Shown: one piece after another, positions 51,273 through 64,000 of the stretch
Position numbering within the stretch: position 1 is the stretch's first letter
Layout: the number at the start of each line of letters is the position of its first letter
Source of the DNA: Octopus vulgaris
Lineage: Eukaryota
Length of the DNA stretch: 64,000 nucleotides
Assembly (NCBI GenBank): GCA_951406725.2
Contig: OX597831.1
Location: forward strand, 48,298,001-48,362,000
Reading direction: 5' to 3'
Position numbers and translations under genes: made by a program
Notes under the pieces: generated by a model
What the model was told of the DNA's origin: nothing
Database searches by the model: none
The model's input: only the letters and a program-made list of their open reading frames with translations

Positions 51273-52602
51273 AAGGAAAACTAAGGGGTGGATTATGTTT
51301 GCAGCCCAAATTAATCTTTTAGCTTTTAAACCAACGATATCCAGCCTTAATTAATTAGCTTGTTTTATGTTCAAACTGGCTATATCTGGCCTCTTATACC
51401 TACCCTACAGTGTCATTTGAAAAATAAACAATCACGTCATCAAAATTTTGAAGCTATGAGATAATGCATGATTATTTCAAAACAATGTGAATATATAAGC
51501 GTTATATTTGACAGAGTTATATGAATGCTATGGGGTGAAGTCTACACGAATTTTCAACGAAAGTCCCTATTTTTTATTTCTCCTCCTCTAGCTAAAATAA
51601 AGGTATATAGCTTAGTGATTAGTGTTGCATTTATAGTCATAAGATTATAAACTCAATTTCTGGACCAGGCAGTGCCTGGCATTCTTGAGCAAAAGTAATT
51701 CACTTCATGTAAATGAAGAAAACACCAAAATTCTATTTAATCAGTTTCTAGTAATGCTCTCTGGGACTAATAAATTTATAAAAACAAAGATATTTCAATG
51801 ATGGCCATTGCCTCATCTTTTAGACATACCTTATCCCATAGTTATCCAATATGCCTTTCTCTTTTTTAAGGATGGTATGATTTGCACAAATTTGGTTGCT
51901 ATTTTCAGCATATTCAGCAACCACATACAGGCTCCATCGTTGGCTCATTTTCTACTTAGTACTTTGTAGAGATATCCATCTATTTAACAGAGTTTTGGCT
52001 TCAAAGCTCAGATTAACAGGATTAGTTAATCGGAATATAAAGAAATGAATGAAACAGAAAGCTTGGATGGTGGTGTTGGAGGTGGTGGTGGAGCAAATTT
52101 TTAATGAAATGCAATGACAATGATTAATTGATTAATTTTGAAAATAATGAAAACTTTCATAGGAATTAGTAAAATGACAAAATTTGTTATTATCAAATCA
52201 GTATTTGAGACACAACAAAAGCCTCTTACATAAAAATTATGATGCAACTCGTAAAATCAAATCTGAGTTCTTTAAACTGGATGGTTTGGAATTATAGAAT
52301 CATGAGCAGTATCAGGAAGCTGGTATCAAAATGGTTAATTATGCACAAGAAATAACATTGTGTTTGTATTTTCATTATTTTTTATTCTTCATTCTTTAAC
52401 TTGTTTCAGTCATTTGACTGCAGCCATGCTGGAGCACAACCTTGAAGGGTTTTAGTCGAAAAAATCAACTCCAGGACATACTCTTTTCTAAGCTTAGTAC
52501 TTATTCTATTGGTCTCTTTTGCCAAACCGCTAAGTTACAAGGACATCAGTTGTCAAGGAATGGTGAGGGACAAACAAAGATGCAAAGATAGACACACCTA
52601 AA

Positions 52603-52968
52603 TATATATATGGTGGTTGTCTACTTCTTATGCAGAGTTTGACCACCTCCTGTAACTACACCTTAGTACCATCATGGCATCTGATGTGGCTTTTTAAACC
52701 AGACAATGTTCTGTAAAGATACCCACATAGACTGCACCTCCGATTTGGATCCCCAAGAGCTGCAGATAAGTTCTGCTCTTTGTGGATCTTAAAATGTCTT
52801 TTGAGGTCTCCGTTGGATTTGCAAACCTTCTGGCATACACTGCATTCAAAGGTGTGCACATACATATAGGCAGAATAGCTGGTGGAGGTTCGTTTTCCAT
52901 GTGTTTGCAGATGAGATTTGAGCCCAGCAAAAGACAGGCAGGATCTGTCACAGACTGTGCACACATAA
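52603..52968 (-). mobile_element. LINE 3' end with three C2H2 zinc fingers
   Basis: CTVCDRSCLSFAGLKSHLQTH, CSVCQKVCKSNGDLKRHFKIH, CSLCGYLYRTLSGLKSHIRCH, stop, short 3' UTR, (TA)n. Confidence 0.7.
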
Positions 52969-53082
52969 AAATATATATACATATATATAGTGTTGTGGAT
53001 TTCCACTTCGGCATTCGAAACTCAGAGTTTTATCTTGGCTATTGAATAATTGTCACATATTATTTTACAGATATATAAATAT

Positions 53083-53119
<37 letters not shown>

Positions 53120-54231
53120 CTAGCTGGTGTACCCGGTAATTCCTGGGGGTAAAGATGTTCTATTGAAATACCTTATTACTCTGATATTAGAAAGCAATTG
53201 CGTTATAACAGCCACAAAAGCTGTATTTTCCGCCACGATAAAGTACAAAAAACTGTCAGCTGGAGGATGGAGAGATTGTTGGAGGTTGGCAAGAGAGGTT
53301 TTCGGAGGTTGGCGAGAAAGATTGTCGGAGGTTGGTAAGAGAGGTTGTCGGAGGTTGGTGAGAGACAAAGACATTATTCTGCTTAGCGAAAGCATCTGGG
53401 AAATGTATAACTGCTGTCATTCACATAAAAGCTATTGTTTTATCATGAGAAAAGTGCTGGTGAAGTGTTAAGTGAAATTTGACAATTGAGGATCGAATCC
53501 ATGCTATGCCTGCATGAAGCCACAACAAACATGTTGTGGAATAAAAGCTTTATCTACTGTCATGGAAAAAGTGTAACTGTAAAAATGCAAAATTATTGGA
53601 GTAATGGGCATTCAAAAAAGTATGTGTGTATAGAAATGTATGAATGAAGTCTTTAATGTTTAAGATTAAAATTAATGAAGTGCAATAATAATGTTTAGCA
53701 TTTCAAAACTGTGAGTAGTGAAATGTAGAATTAGGCCGGCTGTTTAAATAAAATATTGATAATATGTAGTAGATAGAAGGATCCATTGGAAGGGCCCTAT
53801 TATTGATTCTTTTCAAACAATCTAAGTATATCACGAGGTTTCCAGACATGAGTTCTACTCACATGTCAAATAAAGTATAAAAGTGATATTGTCTGCAAAA
53901 ATTAGAAATAGGACACAAAAAATCAATATTCAAAGTAATTGAACACAAACAATGAAATGGGTCATTTCCCTTGAGTATTTAAAAAAAAATATTGTACAGT
54001 GCCATGGGTTATTTCCCTTCGGTGTTTAAAAAATATAGTTATATGAGGTAGATATAAAGGTCCCTTCCAGGATTATTGATTTTTTTTCAACAGTCTAAGT
54101 ATGTCACGAGGTTTCCAGACATGAGTTCTACTCACATGGCAAGTTTCATCAAAATCAATAAAACGATGTAGGAGGAGTTAGCTAACAACTCTACAAACCA
54201 ACATACACCGATTTTCCACATATGTAGTAGA
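53120..54231 (-). mobile_element. Non-autonomous Helitron
   Basis: Minus strand A|TCTACTAC...subterminal hairpin (cccaggaattaccggg)...CTAG|T; internal ~80-bp direct repeat (53790-53868, 54070-54141) and GGAGGTT repeats. Confidence 0.8.
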
Positions 54232-54252
54232 TATATATGATGAGCTTCTTTC

Positions 54253-54790
54253 AGTTGAAGACAACCAGAGTGGGTAATTTCTGCCTTGTAAACAACTGTC
54301 TCCATATTGCAGTGTCCATTCAGTGGACAAGTTGTGTTACTCCTGAAAGAGCATCCTGCCTCTGCCTCAGGTGTGGGCTTACCTACTAAAATCTTTTTTA
54401 CGCTTAGTGCACAGCTAAAGGATAATCTCAGGGTGTGTCTATTAAATATTTTGCTGAATCTACTGGGACAGGGGAAGTGTCTATCAACTAAACTAAAGAA
54501 GATATTACCCACTCTGGTCGTCTTCAACTTGTATTCAAACAAAGAGATTTTTGATGCTGCCATTCCATATTACAGCCAGGCTCTGGCTACCAGCAGTTTC
54601 AAGGATAATATTAGTTACATGCCAGTCTCTGGCCTCCTGAAGAGAAAGTGCCACCAGAAAATACTGTGGTTCATGCTGCTATTCTCTTTAAATTTTAAGA
54701 GCAGAGTGAATAAGATCTTCCTTAGATTAGTTAATAGACACTCCCCCTTACCAATAGATTCAGCAAAATATTTAATTGTCCCAATCTAGC
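54253..54790. mobile_element. Penelope-like RT-thumb/linker/GIY-YIG fragments in divergent orientation
   Basis: Minus: RVGNIFFSLVDRHFP...KIFNRHTLRLSFSC...CPLNGHC..ETVVYKAEI. Plus: SNKEIFDAAIPYYSQAL...KILWF...FSLNFKSRVNKIFLRLVNRH. Confidence 0.85.
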
Positions 54791-56619
54791 ATGGAAAAGA
54801 AAACGTTAAAAATAATGACGAGGATTCTGATGTTACTCATAAATTGTAATTCCTGTAAATAACTGAATATAATAACAATAGTTGGGACACAAATAACTAG
54901 CAAAATTCCACGTCTAAATTACAATGTTATATAACACACAACTTAAATGTATTCCCATTTACACAGTTTCACATTGTTAAAGTGAACATTTGATGAGAAA
55001 ACAACAGAATTTAAAATTAGAATATTTCAGAACTACATTGGAAACATGTTGATTCTAATGCTAAACTTTGCAGTTACAAGGTCCTGTGATGAGAAAAAAA
55101 AAAGAAATATATAAAAACACAGTCCACGATTTTTTCCCCAGATTGTAATTAATTTCATCTTTTATTGTAATGAAATGTCTCACTTCATAATACAACTTCT
55201 AATTAATCAGTTACAAGTTATGTCATTCTGAAGATTTCCAATAAGGATGAGATAGCGCTATGCATGTTTACCACCAACAAGAAATTCTCAGAACTTCGTA
55301 AGAGGTAAAACAAAAATGAATAGCTAAAAAAAGAAAAGTTAAAAATGTGAATTTTATGCAACTTCTTTGTATTCTTCAATTTCAAATTCAAATTTCTTAA
55401 CGTGCCTTGAGTTGTGAGGGGACGGTTATCTCATTTGTATTACTGACCATTGCCAGAACAAACTGCATATATTTACAATTATACAAAATATATTAATCAT
55501 TTGTTAATATAGTTCTGATGAAACACACTGCTTTTGTTTCAATTAATTATCAAAAAATAAAGAAGAATTTATTAAAATAACTGTTATTATTAAACTGGTG
55601 TTTGTGACATAAATTATAAAGAAATTTTAATGTAGGCTTTAATGTTGAATATTTTAAAACAGGGAGTTTGTTTGATAAAACCAAGGGCAGTTTCTGGTAA
55701 ACTGGTATGAAAAGAGTTAATGGAAAATCAAAACTTTTATTGGTGTGGTAGTCACCTTTTCTGATCATGTTACCTACTGTGACTATGAATCTATGAATAT
55801 ATTGTCTTTCCTCATTAAACTAACAAATAATAAAAATTAATCTATTGAATTTACCATGTCAGCTTTTACTTGGAGTCCATGGAGTGCTTTTCATTTAACG
55901 TGACATCTGTATAATATATATTTTCGTTATGGTATGCTCCAATATTAGTGGAGGTGCGTGGCTTAGTGGTTAGGGTGTCAGCATCATGATCGTAAGATTG
56001 TGGCTTCAATTCTTGAACAAAACACTTCATTTCACGTTGCTCTAGTCCACTCAGCTGGCAAAAATGAGTAACGTTGTGATGGACTGGTGTCCCGTCCAGC
56101 TGGGGAACACATACACCATAGAAACTGGGAAACCGGGCCCATGAACCTGGTTAGGCTTTTAAAGGGTGCATCTATCATTTTTATTATGCTATAATATTGC
56201 ATATTTTTAGTTGATATGACATGCCAGTGTGATTAAGATATGGTATTCTATAGCTTGTAGTGTATAATGAGGTATTTTATAGCACAGAATGCTTTGCATA
56301 TTATATACCGTATAGTATCAAAGAGAATATAACATATAACCCTTCTCCTCCTTATTATCATCCTTTTACATCTGCTTTGTTTGCTGGCATAGGTTGGATG
56401 GATCATGACTGTCCAAGTCACTTCTTATTCAGAGTTACTGTCCTTCTAAATGAGTCGGAGAATGATGATCCACTTGTACATGGCATTTTGATTACAAACC
56501 AAGAGCAAACTTTGTTCTTATTGCTGTGTAGCTCCATGGTAACCTTGACTATGCAGTCATCATATTGTTTTAGACAATTCCTACATTTTTAGAGAGTTCA
56601 TATATTTAGTCGCATATTA

Positions 56620-57862
56620 CTCACCACCATATCTCTTAATAAAAATCCGTACATCCAATACTAAACACCATCATATACTACATACCAAACATCTCTTACC
56701 AAATATGCCATTCTATCACATATTAAGCATCAACATCCAACACAATCTGAACACCATCATATTCAATATAGAACATCACTACACTCTCAAAGTAAACATC
56801 ATCTCATGGCATACTAAATACCATCACATCTTACACTAACACATTTTTAAATACAGTTGAGTATGGTTTGAGGAAGATTTGACTGCTGTTTCTAGCAGGT
56901 CAAGCAACCACATAGAAACCTTTCCATCAGCTGACATATTTCTTGTCATCATATAAATCATTAATCCATACCTATTTATTTTTCTTGAAACAAAATATTT
57001 ATCTTTAGCATTAATTCATTTTTTTTTTATTACTTTTATCGCAACCATTATCTTTGTACAACGGAACCAATAATTTTCAGGAGAAATAAAAGTTTATCTG
57101 TAAAGGCAAAGCTTTTAAAGCTTGTCTTATCTCTCATTATTTTGTTACCATGCAAGATAAAATTCAAATAGAGTTTTCTCTCTCACAAAAGGACTATGTA
57201 GCCTTGTTCCAATGTTTCACAAGAATCAGATGTGGAATCAATATTATTTTCATTTACTTTCTCAAAAACATTTCTATACCAAAAGAAATCTCAAAGATAT
57301 CTGCTCTGTTCCGTTACTCACTGTAAGATCTAGGGGATCAATTCTTCCATATTGACGACAAATCTTGATGTAATTCAGAATTGAATTGTAGAAAAAGATA
57401 ATAAACAAGGAAGCTGAGACTACAATCAGGTGAGAAATGATTTATGAATGGATGCCACTGGAGCAGTAAATCTGCATGTATGTTTATAGTTTGCTATTAT
57501 AGAAATGATAGGCTGTTGAATACGTATTGACCAGAGAAAATCTAAGTTGTATTTCAATCCATTATTCTTACTATCAGTGACACAAAATCATTTATTTCAC
57601 TATGAATATAACAGAAATGGCATGGACACAAATAATTAACCCTACCACTCATGAATGAGCTTACTGTATAGTACTCCTGCCTAAGCTCACTTCTCTTATG
57701 AACCTATTCTACATCTCCTGCTCACCATCATATCCCGCCGCCATACAAAGCACCATCATATTTCAGCATTATATCACATATTAAACAGCATCCTTTCACA
57801 TACTATTTGCTATTATATTTGATACTAAATATCATTATATACTATATTAAACACCATCATAT
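56620..57862. repeat. Two patches of degenerate AAACACCATCATAT minisatellite (56620-56840, 57720-57862)
   Basis: Recurrent caccatcatat motif. Confidence 0.55.
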
Positions 57863-57887
57863 ACATGTGTGTGTGTGTATAAATAAC

Positions 57888-57935
<48 letters not shown>

Positions 57936-58465
57936 GTATGTATATATACATACATACATCCATTCATACACACACACATGCACACACATACATATACTAT
58001 TTAATAAACACAATACATGTTTTTATGTGCCACTATTAGTTTCATGTGCTGAAAACATCCCAAACAATGTTTTATAACACTTTGGACATCTTGGCACAGT
58101 CATCAGGTACAGCACATGGCATAACGAACTAAAAAAAAGTGAATACACACACACACATATATGACAGAATTCTTTCAGTTTCCATCTACCAAAGCTATAG
58201 TAGAAAACACTTGCCCAAGGTGCCTCACAGTAGAACTGAACCCAGAACTTCTTACCACACAGCAATGCCTGCAATTCACTGGGGTCGGTCCATTTAACTG
58301 AAAGTCCTTCAAGATGGTGCTCCAGCATGGCCACAGACTGACTGAGACAAGTAAAAGATAAAAGATAACCACTTGTGCTAAACCATTCACTTAACCCAAT
58401 GACCCCAGTTTGTCTCATCTGAAATCATATCTCCTATCACCCCTATTACATTTCTTATCATCAGT

Positions 58466-58947
58466 TCTTATTTCTTTATTGCCCACAAGGGGCTAAACAC
58501 AGGGGGGACAAACAAGGACAGACAAAGGGGTTAAGTTGATTACATCGACCCCAGTGCATAACTGGTATTTAATTTATCGACCCCGAAAGGATGAATGGCA
58601 AAGTCGACCTCCGTGGAATTTGAACTCAGAACATAATGGCAGACGAAATACCACTTAGCACTTCGCCCAGTGTGCTAACATTTCTGCCAGCTCGCTGCCT
58701 TATCATCACTTCATATTTCTTTATTGCCCATATGGGGCTAAACACAGAGGGGACAAACAAGGACAGACAAAGGGATTAAGTTGATTACATCGACCCCAGT
58801 GCATAACTGGTACTTAATTTATCGACCCCAAAAGGATGAAAGGCAAAGTCGACCTTGGCAGAATTTGAACTCAGAATGTAACGGCAGACGAAATACTGCT
58901 AAGCATTTCACTTGGCATGCTAACATTTCTGCCAGCTCGCTGTCTTT
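58466..58947 (-). mobile_element. Two tandem SINE B copies (58466-58701, 58713-58947)
   Basis: Both collinear with 27576-27808. Confidence 0.9.
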
Positions 58948-58956
58948 GAAAAATGG

Positions 58957-59075
58957 AATGCTTACAGCACTTAGGTTTACCAAGCGTCACCCATCTAAGT
59001 ACTAACTAGGCTCAATGTTGCTTAATTTTAGTGATCAGATGAGAACCGGTGCTTTCAATGTGATATGGCCATGAT
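58957..59075 (-). pseudogene. 5S: 5S rRNA pseudogene, full length
   Basis: Reverse complement atcatggccatatcacattgaaagcaccggttctcatctgatcactaaaattaagcaacattgagccctagttagtacttagatgggtgacgcttggtaaacctaagtgctgtaagc aligns end to end with metazoan 5S; T5 run follows. Confidence 0.9.
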
Positions 59076-60180
59076 TCTACCTGCTCATCTCTTTGAGTGA
59101 TCCAATAATTAAACTACTTATAACTATATTTATTAGTTTTGTTTCTAAACTTTTAATTATGAGAGAAGGCAGTGCACACAACCCTTCACAGGTCTTCATA
59201 GACTGGTTGGAGGGACAGAGGGATGAAAGTATTTTCAAATTGCAAAATTGAGTATGTTGGCATAAACACCTGCAATTGAATAGACACCACTAAAGTCATC
59301 TTAGGTGTCAGATGGTAGCAATGAATGGTGCACTGAATTAAGATTACCATAAAGTATACTACTACTGGAACTACAGAATTAAACTCTGTGTTTACTTATA
59401 ACATTTAACCCATTAGCATTTAAACCAGCCATATCCGGCTCAAATATTTTACCTGTTTTATGATCAAACTGGCTAGATTCAGCCTCTCACACCTGCCCTA
59501 CAATGTCATTCTAAAAATAAGCAATCACATCATTGAAATCACAAAGCTATGGAATAATACATGATGAGTTTAAAAGAATCTGAATAAATAAGTATTATAT
59601 TCGACAGATTGATCTGAAGATGCTAAACGGTCAAATACACAGAAACAGGAAAGTAGAGAGATAAGAAAGGAAAAGAAAGAAGAAAAAAAAAGGGGGTAAA
59701 GCAGGGGACAAACGGGGTGCTTAATCATGTCCTGTGGTAAATGACTGTGATGGTGTTGCTGTGAAGAATGGCTGGTAACACTCCAGCAGCCATTCCACCT
59801 TGCAGGGCTCATTTCAACAAACCTGGGTGCCGTTACCCATAGCATGCAAGAGAGAAGAATTATGTGAAGATGTCAGGAGTTCTAGGGCCCCATACTGCTG
59901 ATTTCCTCGAGAAATTAGGGATGTGGGTGGCCCATCAGAAAAATGAGCATTGCGTGGTGGAGTGGTTGCTGCCACAAGTGTTACTAGCCATTATCTCCAG
60001 CTACAGAATTTGAACTAAGACAAATACTCTAAGATATCCAGTTTAACATTCTTACAGTCCTGTCAATCCACCTCCCTGGATTGGTACTTTATTATGGACC
60101 CTAAAAGGATGAAAGGCAAAGTTGAGTTTGACACAATCTGAACTCAAAATACGCCATGTCAGAACAAATACTACAAATTT

Positions 60181-60423
60181 AAAACTCTGATAACAGCACT
60201 GTATGCAGGTCCTTTCCATTTTCTTTCAGGCACAGATAAATTTTTCACTCTAGACCTTAATGGTCATAAAGACACTATATCAGTGGAGGGACTAAAATCG
60301 GCCTTCATAGAGAAAACTGTTCCTGTTCCTACAGCAGACAGCACACACAGCATTACAAACATGGCCCACACACCCACCTTCACATTCCATGACTACCATT
60401 GCGATCGATCAGGTACCAGATAA
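60181..60423 (+). pseudogene. Gypsy/Ty3 integrase C-terminal GPY/F fragment
   Basis: KTLITALYAGPFHFLSGTDKFFTLDLNGHKDTISVEGLKSAF fits PL..PY.GPF.VL.R.DK.F.L..NG..D.VS.DRLK.A. Confidence 0.75.
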
Positions 60424-60524
60424 GGATTCTGGATTACTTTTCTAGTTTTTTCACTTAATTTTTGAGAGCAGTCTGGTTCATTTTTAGTATCCTCGCTTGT
60501 GAGAGCAGTCAAGTTTATTTAAGA

Positions 60525-61038
60525 CTAGCAGTATCGCCCAGTGTTGCTCGGGTTGTAAGGGAAATAACTATATAAGCATTTTCAGGGAGTTACTTCGTTT
60601 ATAGATGCCAATTCGGGCTTTCTTAGCCATTTCTGTTTTGGTGTCTTCAAGCCATGAAGTCGTTGTTCTAAAAGAACGCTGGTCTCCTTGAAAATGCATT
60701 ACGACGTTGATTTCTTTAAACTCCCTTCCCCACAGCTTCACGAGGGAGGGAAGAAGGGGGAGAAGCAAACACAGGTGCAGGTGTTTGAGCGTGGACGCCA
60801 ACTCCGCCGCCATCGACACACGAAAAATTATGCATTAAAATGGAATAAAAAATTGTTAAATTATTTTAAAAATCGTAGACTCATCATAGACGCGCGCTAA
60901 TAGCCAGATGGGCTCGATATTAATCCAGACTATAAGATACCCGAATTTGGTTAAACTGCACCGCAAAATGTGGGAGGAGTTAGGAATCTAAATCGTAGGA
61001 GACAGACACTCACACAACTACAGTTTTATATATATAGA
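60525..61038 (-). mobile_element. Non-autonomous Helitron (young, CpG-rich)
   Basis: Minus strand A|TCTATATA...cccgagcaacactggg hairpin...CTAG|T. Confidence 0.8.
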
Positions 61039-61125
61039 TATTCTCATTTTAAAAATCATCTCTGGCTAATCGTTGAGAGGACATTGGTGGAGGCTGGTGC
61101 TCTCTGACTGCTCTTGTCCGTGTTC

Positions 61126-61220
61126 TTGTTGTTGTTGTTGTTGTTGTTGTTGTTCTTCTTCTTCTTCTTCTTCTTCTTCTTCTTCTTCTTCTTCGTATTA
61201 TTATTATTATTATTATTATT
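61126..61220. repeat. Compound (TTG)n(TTC)n(TTA)n microsatellite
   Basis: Direct reading. Confidence 0.95.
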
Positions 61221-61362
61221 CATTTTGATCATCATGTTCAAGTACATGTGTACTCATCATTATTTTATTTATTTTGTTCAATTTTACAAAAATTGAAGTA
61301 TGTCTTTGTCAATTCCAGAGTTTATTGAACTTACTGTGTGCATGATGTTTGGCCCATTCTGC

Positions 61363-61363
<1 letters not shown>

Positions 61364-61393
<30 letters not shown>

Positions 61394-61583
61394 TGTATGT
61401 ATGTATGTATGTATGTATGTATGTATGTATGTATGTATGTATGTATGTGTGTATGTATGTATGTATGTATGTATGTATGTATGTATGTATGTATGTCTGT
61501 ATGTATGAGTGTATGTATGTATGTATGTATGTATGTATGTATGTGTGTATGTATGTATGTATGTATGTATGTATTTATGTATG

Positions 61584-61614
<31 letters not shown>

Positions 61615-61619
61615 GTATG

Positions 61620-61650
<31 letters not shown>

Positions 61651-61683
61651 GTATGTATGTATGTATGTGTGTATGTATGTATG

Positions 61684-61714
<31 letters not shown>

Positions 61715-61812
61715 GTATGTATGTATGTATGTATGTATGTATGTATGTATGTATGTATGTGTGTGTGTATGTATGTATGTATGTATGTATGTATGTATGT
61801 ATGTATGTATGT
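61364..61812. repeat. ~450-bp (TATG)n microsatellite
   Basis: Direct reading. Confidence 0.97.
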
Positions 61813-61979
61813 ACATGCTAGATTAGCTACTTGTCTAGGAAAAGCAGTCTCTTAATCTAACGATTAAGGAAAACTGCAATATCAACATGTTTTGTCAACC
61901 TCCTCTTCCAGGTTTATTTTAAATATCAAATTTATATTACTCTGTATAATTTTGTGCTGTCTTTATGATCATCATCGCC

Positions 61980-62013
<34 letters not shown>

Positions 62014-62133
62014 TCATCACCATCATCATCATCAGTAGCATCATCATCATCATCATTATCATCATTCTTTTCCTCCTTATCATCATTATCATATTCCTAT
62101 CAGTCTTTTGCCTTGTGTGTGTGAGTCTGTGTA

Positions 62134-62165
<32 letters not shown>

Positions 62166-62318
62166 TGTGTGTGCACTTTGCTGTGCATATAAAAGTGTGT
62201 ATTGTGCTCTGTGTGTATGTGTGTGTGTGTGTCTGAGTCGTTGTCTAATTTGCATTATGGAATCCAAACAATAGAAAATGCGGAATATTTCAGATTTATG
62301 CATGTGTATGTATGTGTG

Positions 62319-62365
<47 letters not shown>

Positions 62366-63031
62366 GTCCATATACATACATTTATACATTTAAATGTGTG
62401 TGTGTGTGTGTGTGTGTGTACATATATATATATGTGCATAAACATGCGTAAATATATGTATGTATGTACATATACACACACACACACACATGTATATATA
62501 TGTATGTATATACATGTGTGCGTGAACTATTCACATGCTCGTACACAGGGAAAGAACAAATCATTAGAACCAACATTTGCCACTATACACAAACCAAAAA
62601 AATTAAATGAAAGATATTTTCGGTGCCTTCTAGAAATTTCCATTTTGGTAAAATGCCCAAAGTAATTAAATTATTCTATCTTAAAGATAAATTATCTTAC
62701 TACATTACTTGGTTCTGGAAACTTTTATACCATTTTATTGTATCAAGTTTGATGCTTTACGCTATTACTCCTTTTCTTCTTTCATTCAGTGGTGGTGGTG
62801 GTGGTGGGGGTTAGTAAGTTGGAGGTGAATTCTGCTAAAACCAATCTCCTTACCATATGGTTCATTGCAATGACTATGGTACCGAGTGGAATCACCAGAA
62901 TGAATGATGCTTAATTACTTAGGAGCGAGGAAGGAAATGTAGAAGTTCAGTGATGTAAATTAACTGTATATCTGTCACCTAGGAGATTTATTGTAATTAA
63001 AAAAAAAATTTTTATTTTTTAAATATATATA

Positions 63032-63562
63032 TAGGTGCAGGTGTTGCTGTGTAGTAAGAAGCTTGCTTCCTAACCACATGGTTCTGGGTTCAGTCCCACT
63101 GCATGGCACTTTGGACAAATGCCTTCTATTATAACTTCAGGCTGGCCAAAGCCTTGTAGATGGAAATTGAAAGAAATCCATCATGTATGTATGTATGTAT
63201 ATATGTATGTATGTATGTATGTACGTATGTATGTATGCACACATGCATGTATGCATGCATGCATGTATGTATGTATGTGTGCATGCATGTACATGCATAC
63301 GTGCATGTACATGCATACGTGCATGTGTGCATGTGTGTGTGTGTGTGTGTGTGTCCCTTACCATCAATTGACAACTGATGTTGGTGTGTCTAGGTCCCTG
63401 TAACTTAGCAGTTCAGGCAAAAGAGACTGATAGAATAAGTACTAGACTTACAAAGAATAAGTTCTGGGGTCAATTTCTTTGACTAAAAAGCTTTTAAGGT
63501 GGTGCTCCAGCATGGCCACAGTGAAAAAACTGAAACAAGTAAAAGAATTAAAGAATAAAAGA
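63032..63562 (+). mobile_element. SINE family A with expanded centre; a further 5' half at 63565-63720
   Basis: Collinear copy. Confidence 0.85.
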
Positions 63563-63731
63563 ATATGTGCAAGCATAGCTTTGTGATAAGTACTTTGTTT
63601 CCCAACCACATGGTTCCAGGTTCAATCCCACTGTGTATCACCTTGGGCAAGTGTATGCTACAATAGCTTCAGGGTGACGAAAGCCTTGTGTGTATATTCA
63701 GGAGACAGAAACTGAAAACATTATATTTATA

Positions 63732-64000
63732 TAGGGAGCAATGAATAAATTGTCGTCTAAATTATGTAAAAATGAAAATAATACTGACATCTCATTTTAA
63801 TGGATATATTTACTAAAATTACATTAAAATTTCTTGAAATACTAAAGAGTAAATTTATTCAAAACCATGGCCTCCAGACGACTTCAGAATCTCCTGCAAC
63901 TCTTCTGGGCAGTCTTCTGGTTTAAGTTGGTGAATGCTGCCATAATCCTCGCCTTCAGTTCATCTTTGGTGTTACAAGGAGTTTTGTTGGTCTCTCGCTC
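63732..64000 (-). mobile_element. Tc1/mariner-superfamily transposon 3' end (runs off window)
   Basis: ERETNKTPCNTKDELKARIMAAFTNLNQKTAQKSCRRF*SRLEAMV, a typical IS630-Tc1-mariner C-terminus. Confidence 0.75.

Noticed and set aside
52656-53006. Host C2H2 transcription-factor gene
   Set aside because: No TGEKP linkers, the N-terminus is microsatellite, it has a retro-type 3' end, and it is nested in a SINE.
58957-59075. Functional 5S rRNA gene
   Set aside because: Solitary copy with many helix-disrupting substitutions and small indels.
61300-61826. Long MYVC/HTYI ORFs (also 4694-5190, 23973-25762, 35761-36018, 63119-63403)
   Set aside because: Translations of TATG/CA/TA microsatellites.

Overview
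AT-rich, microsatellite-dense eukaryotic DNA made almost entirely of transposable-element debris. The SINE, RTE, Penelope and microsatellite landscape resembles an octopus (coleoid cephalopod) intron or intergenic region; this is inference. No complete host gene can be supported, and almost all ORF-track entries are microsatellite or SINE artefacts. Recognisable content: about 25 copies of a tRNA-headed SINE with a central microsatellite (family A); about 14 copies of a second SINE family (B) and several of a third (C); one young 5'-truncated RTE LINE with an uninterrupted RT frame; further RTE, R4/Dong and C2H2-bearing LINE fragments; Penelope-like fragments; mariner/Tc1, hAT, piggyBac and Helitron derivatives; a Gypsy integrase fragment; and a 5S rRNA pseudogene. 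Most notable: (1) minimal hammerhead-ribozyme motifs in Penelope-type repeats, one downstream of a tRNA-like Pol III module; (2) an RTE element with a PHD-type C4HC3 finger inside its RT and a variable-copy array of ~62-nt three-hairpin modules in its 3' UTR; (3) repeated insertion of other elements into the central microsatellite of SINE A; (4) a near-perfect ~110-bp inverted repeat; (5) locally templated patchwork insertions. All coordinates were read by eye and repeat boundaries are approximate.
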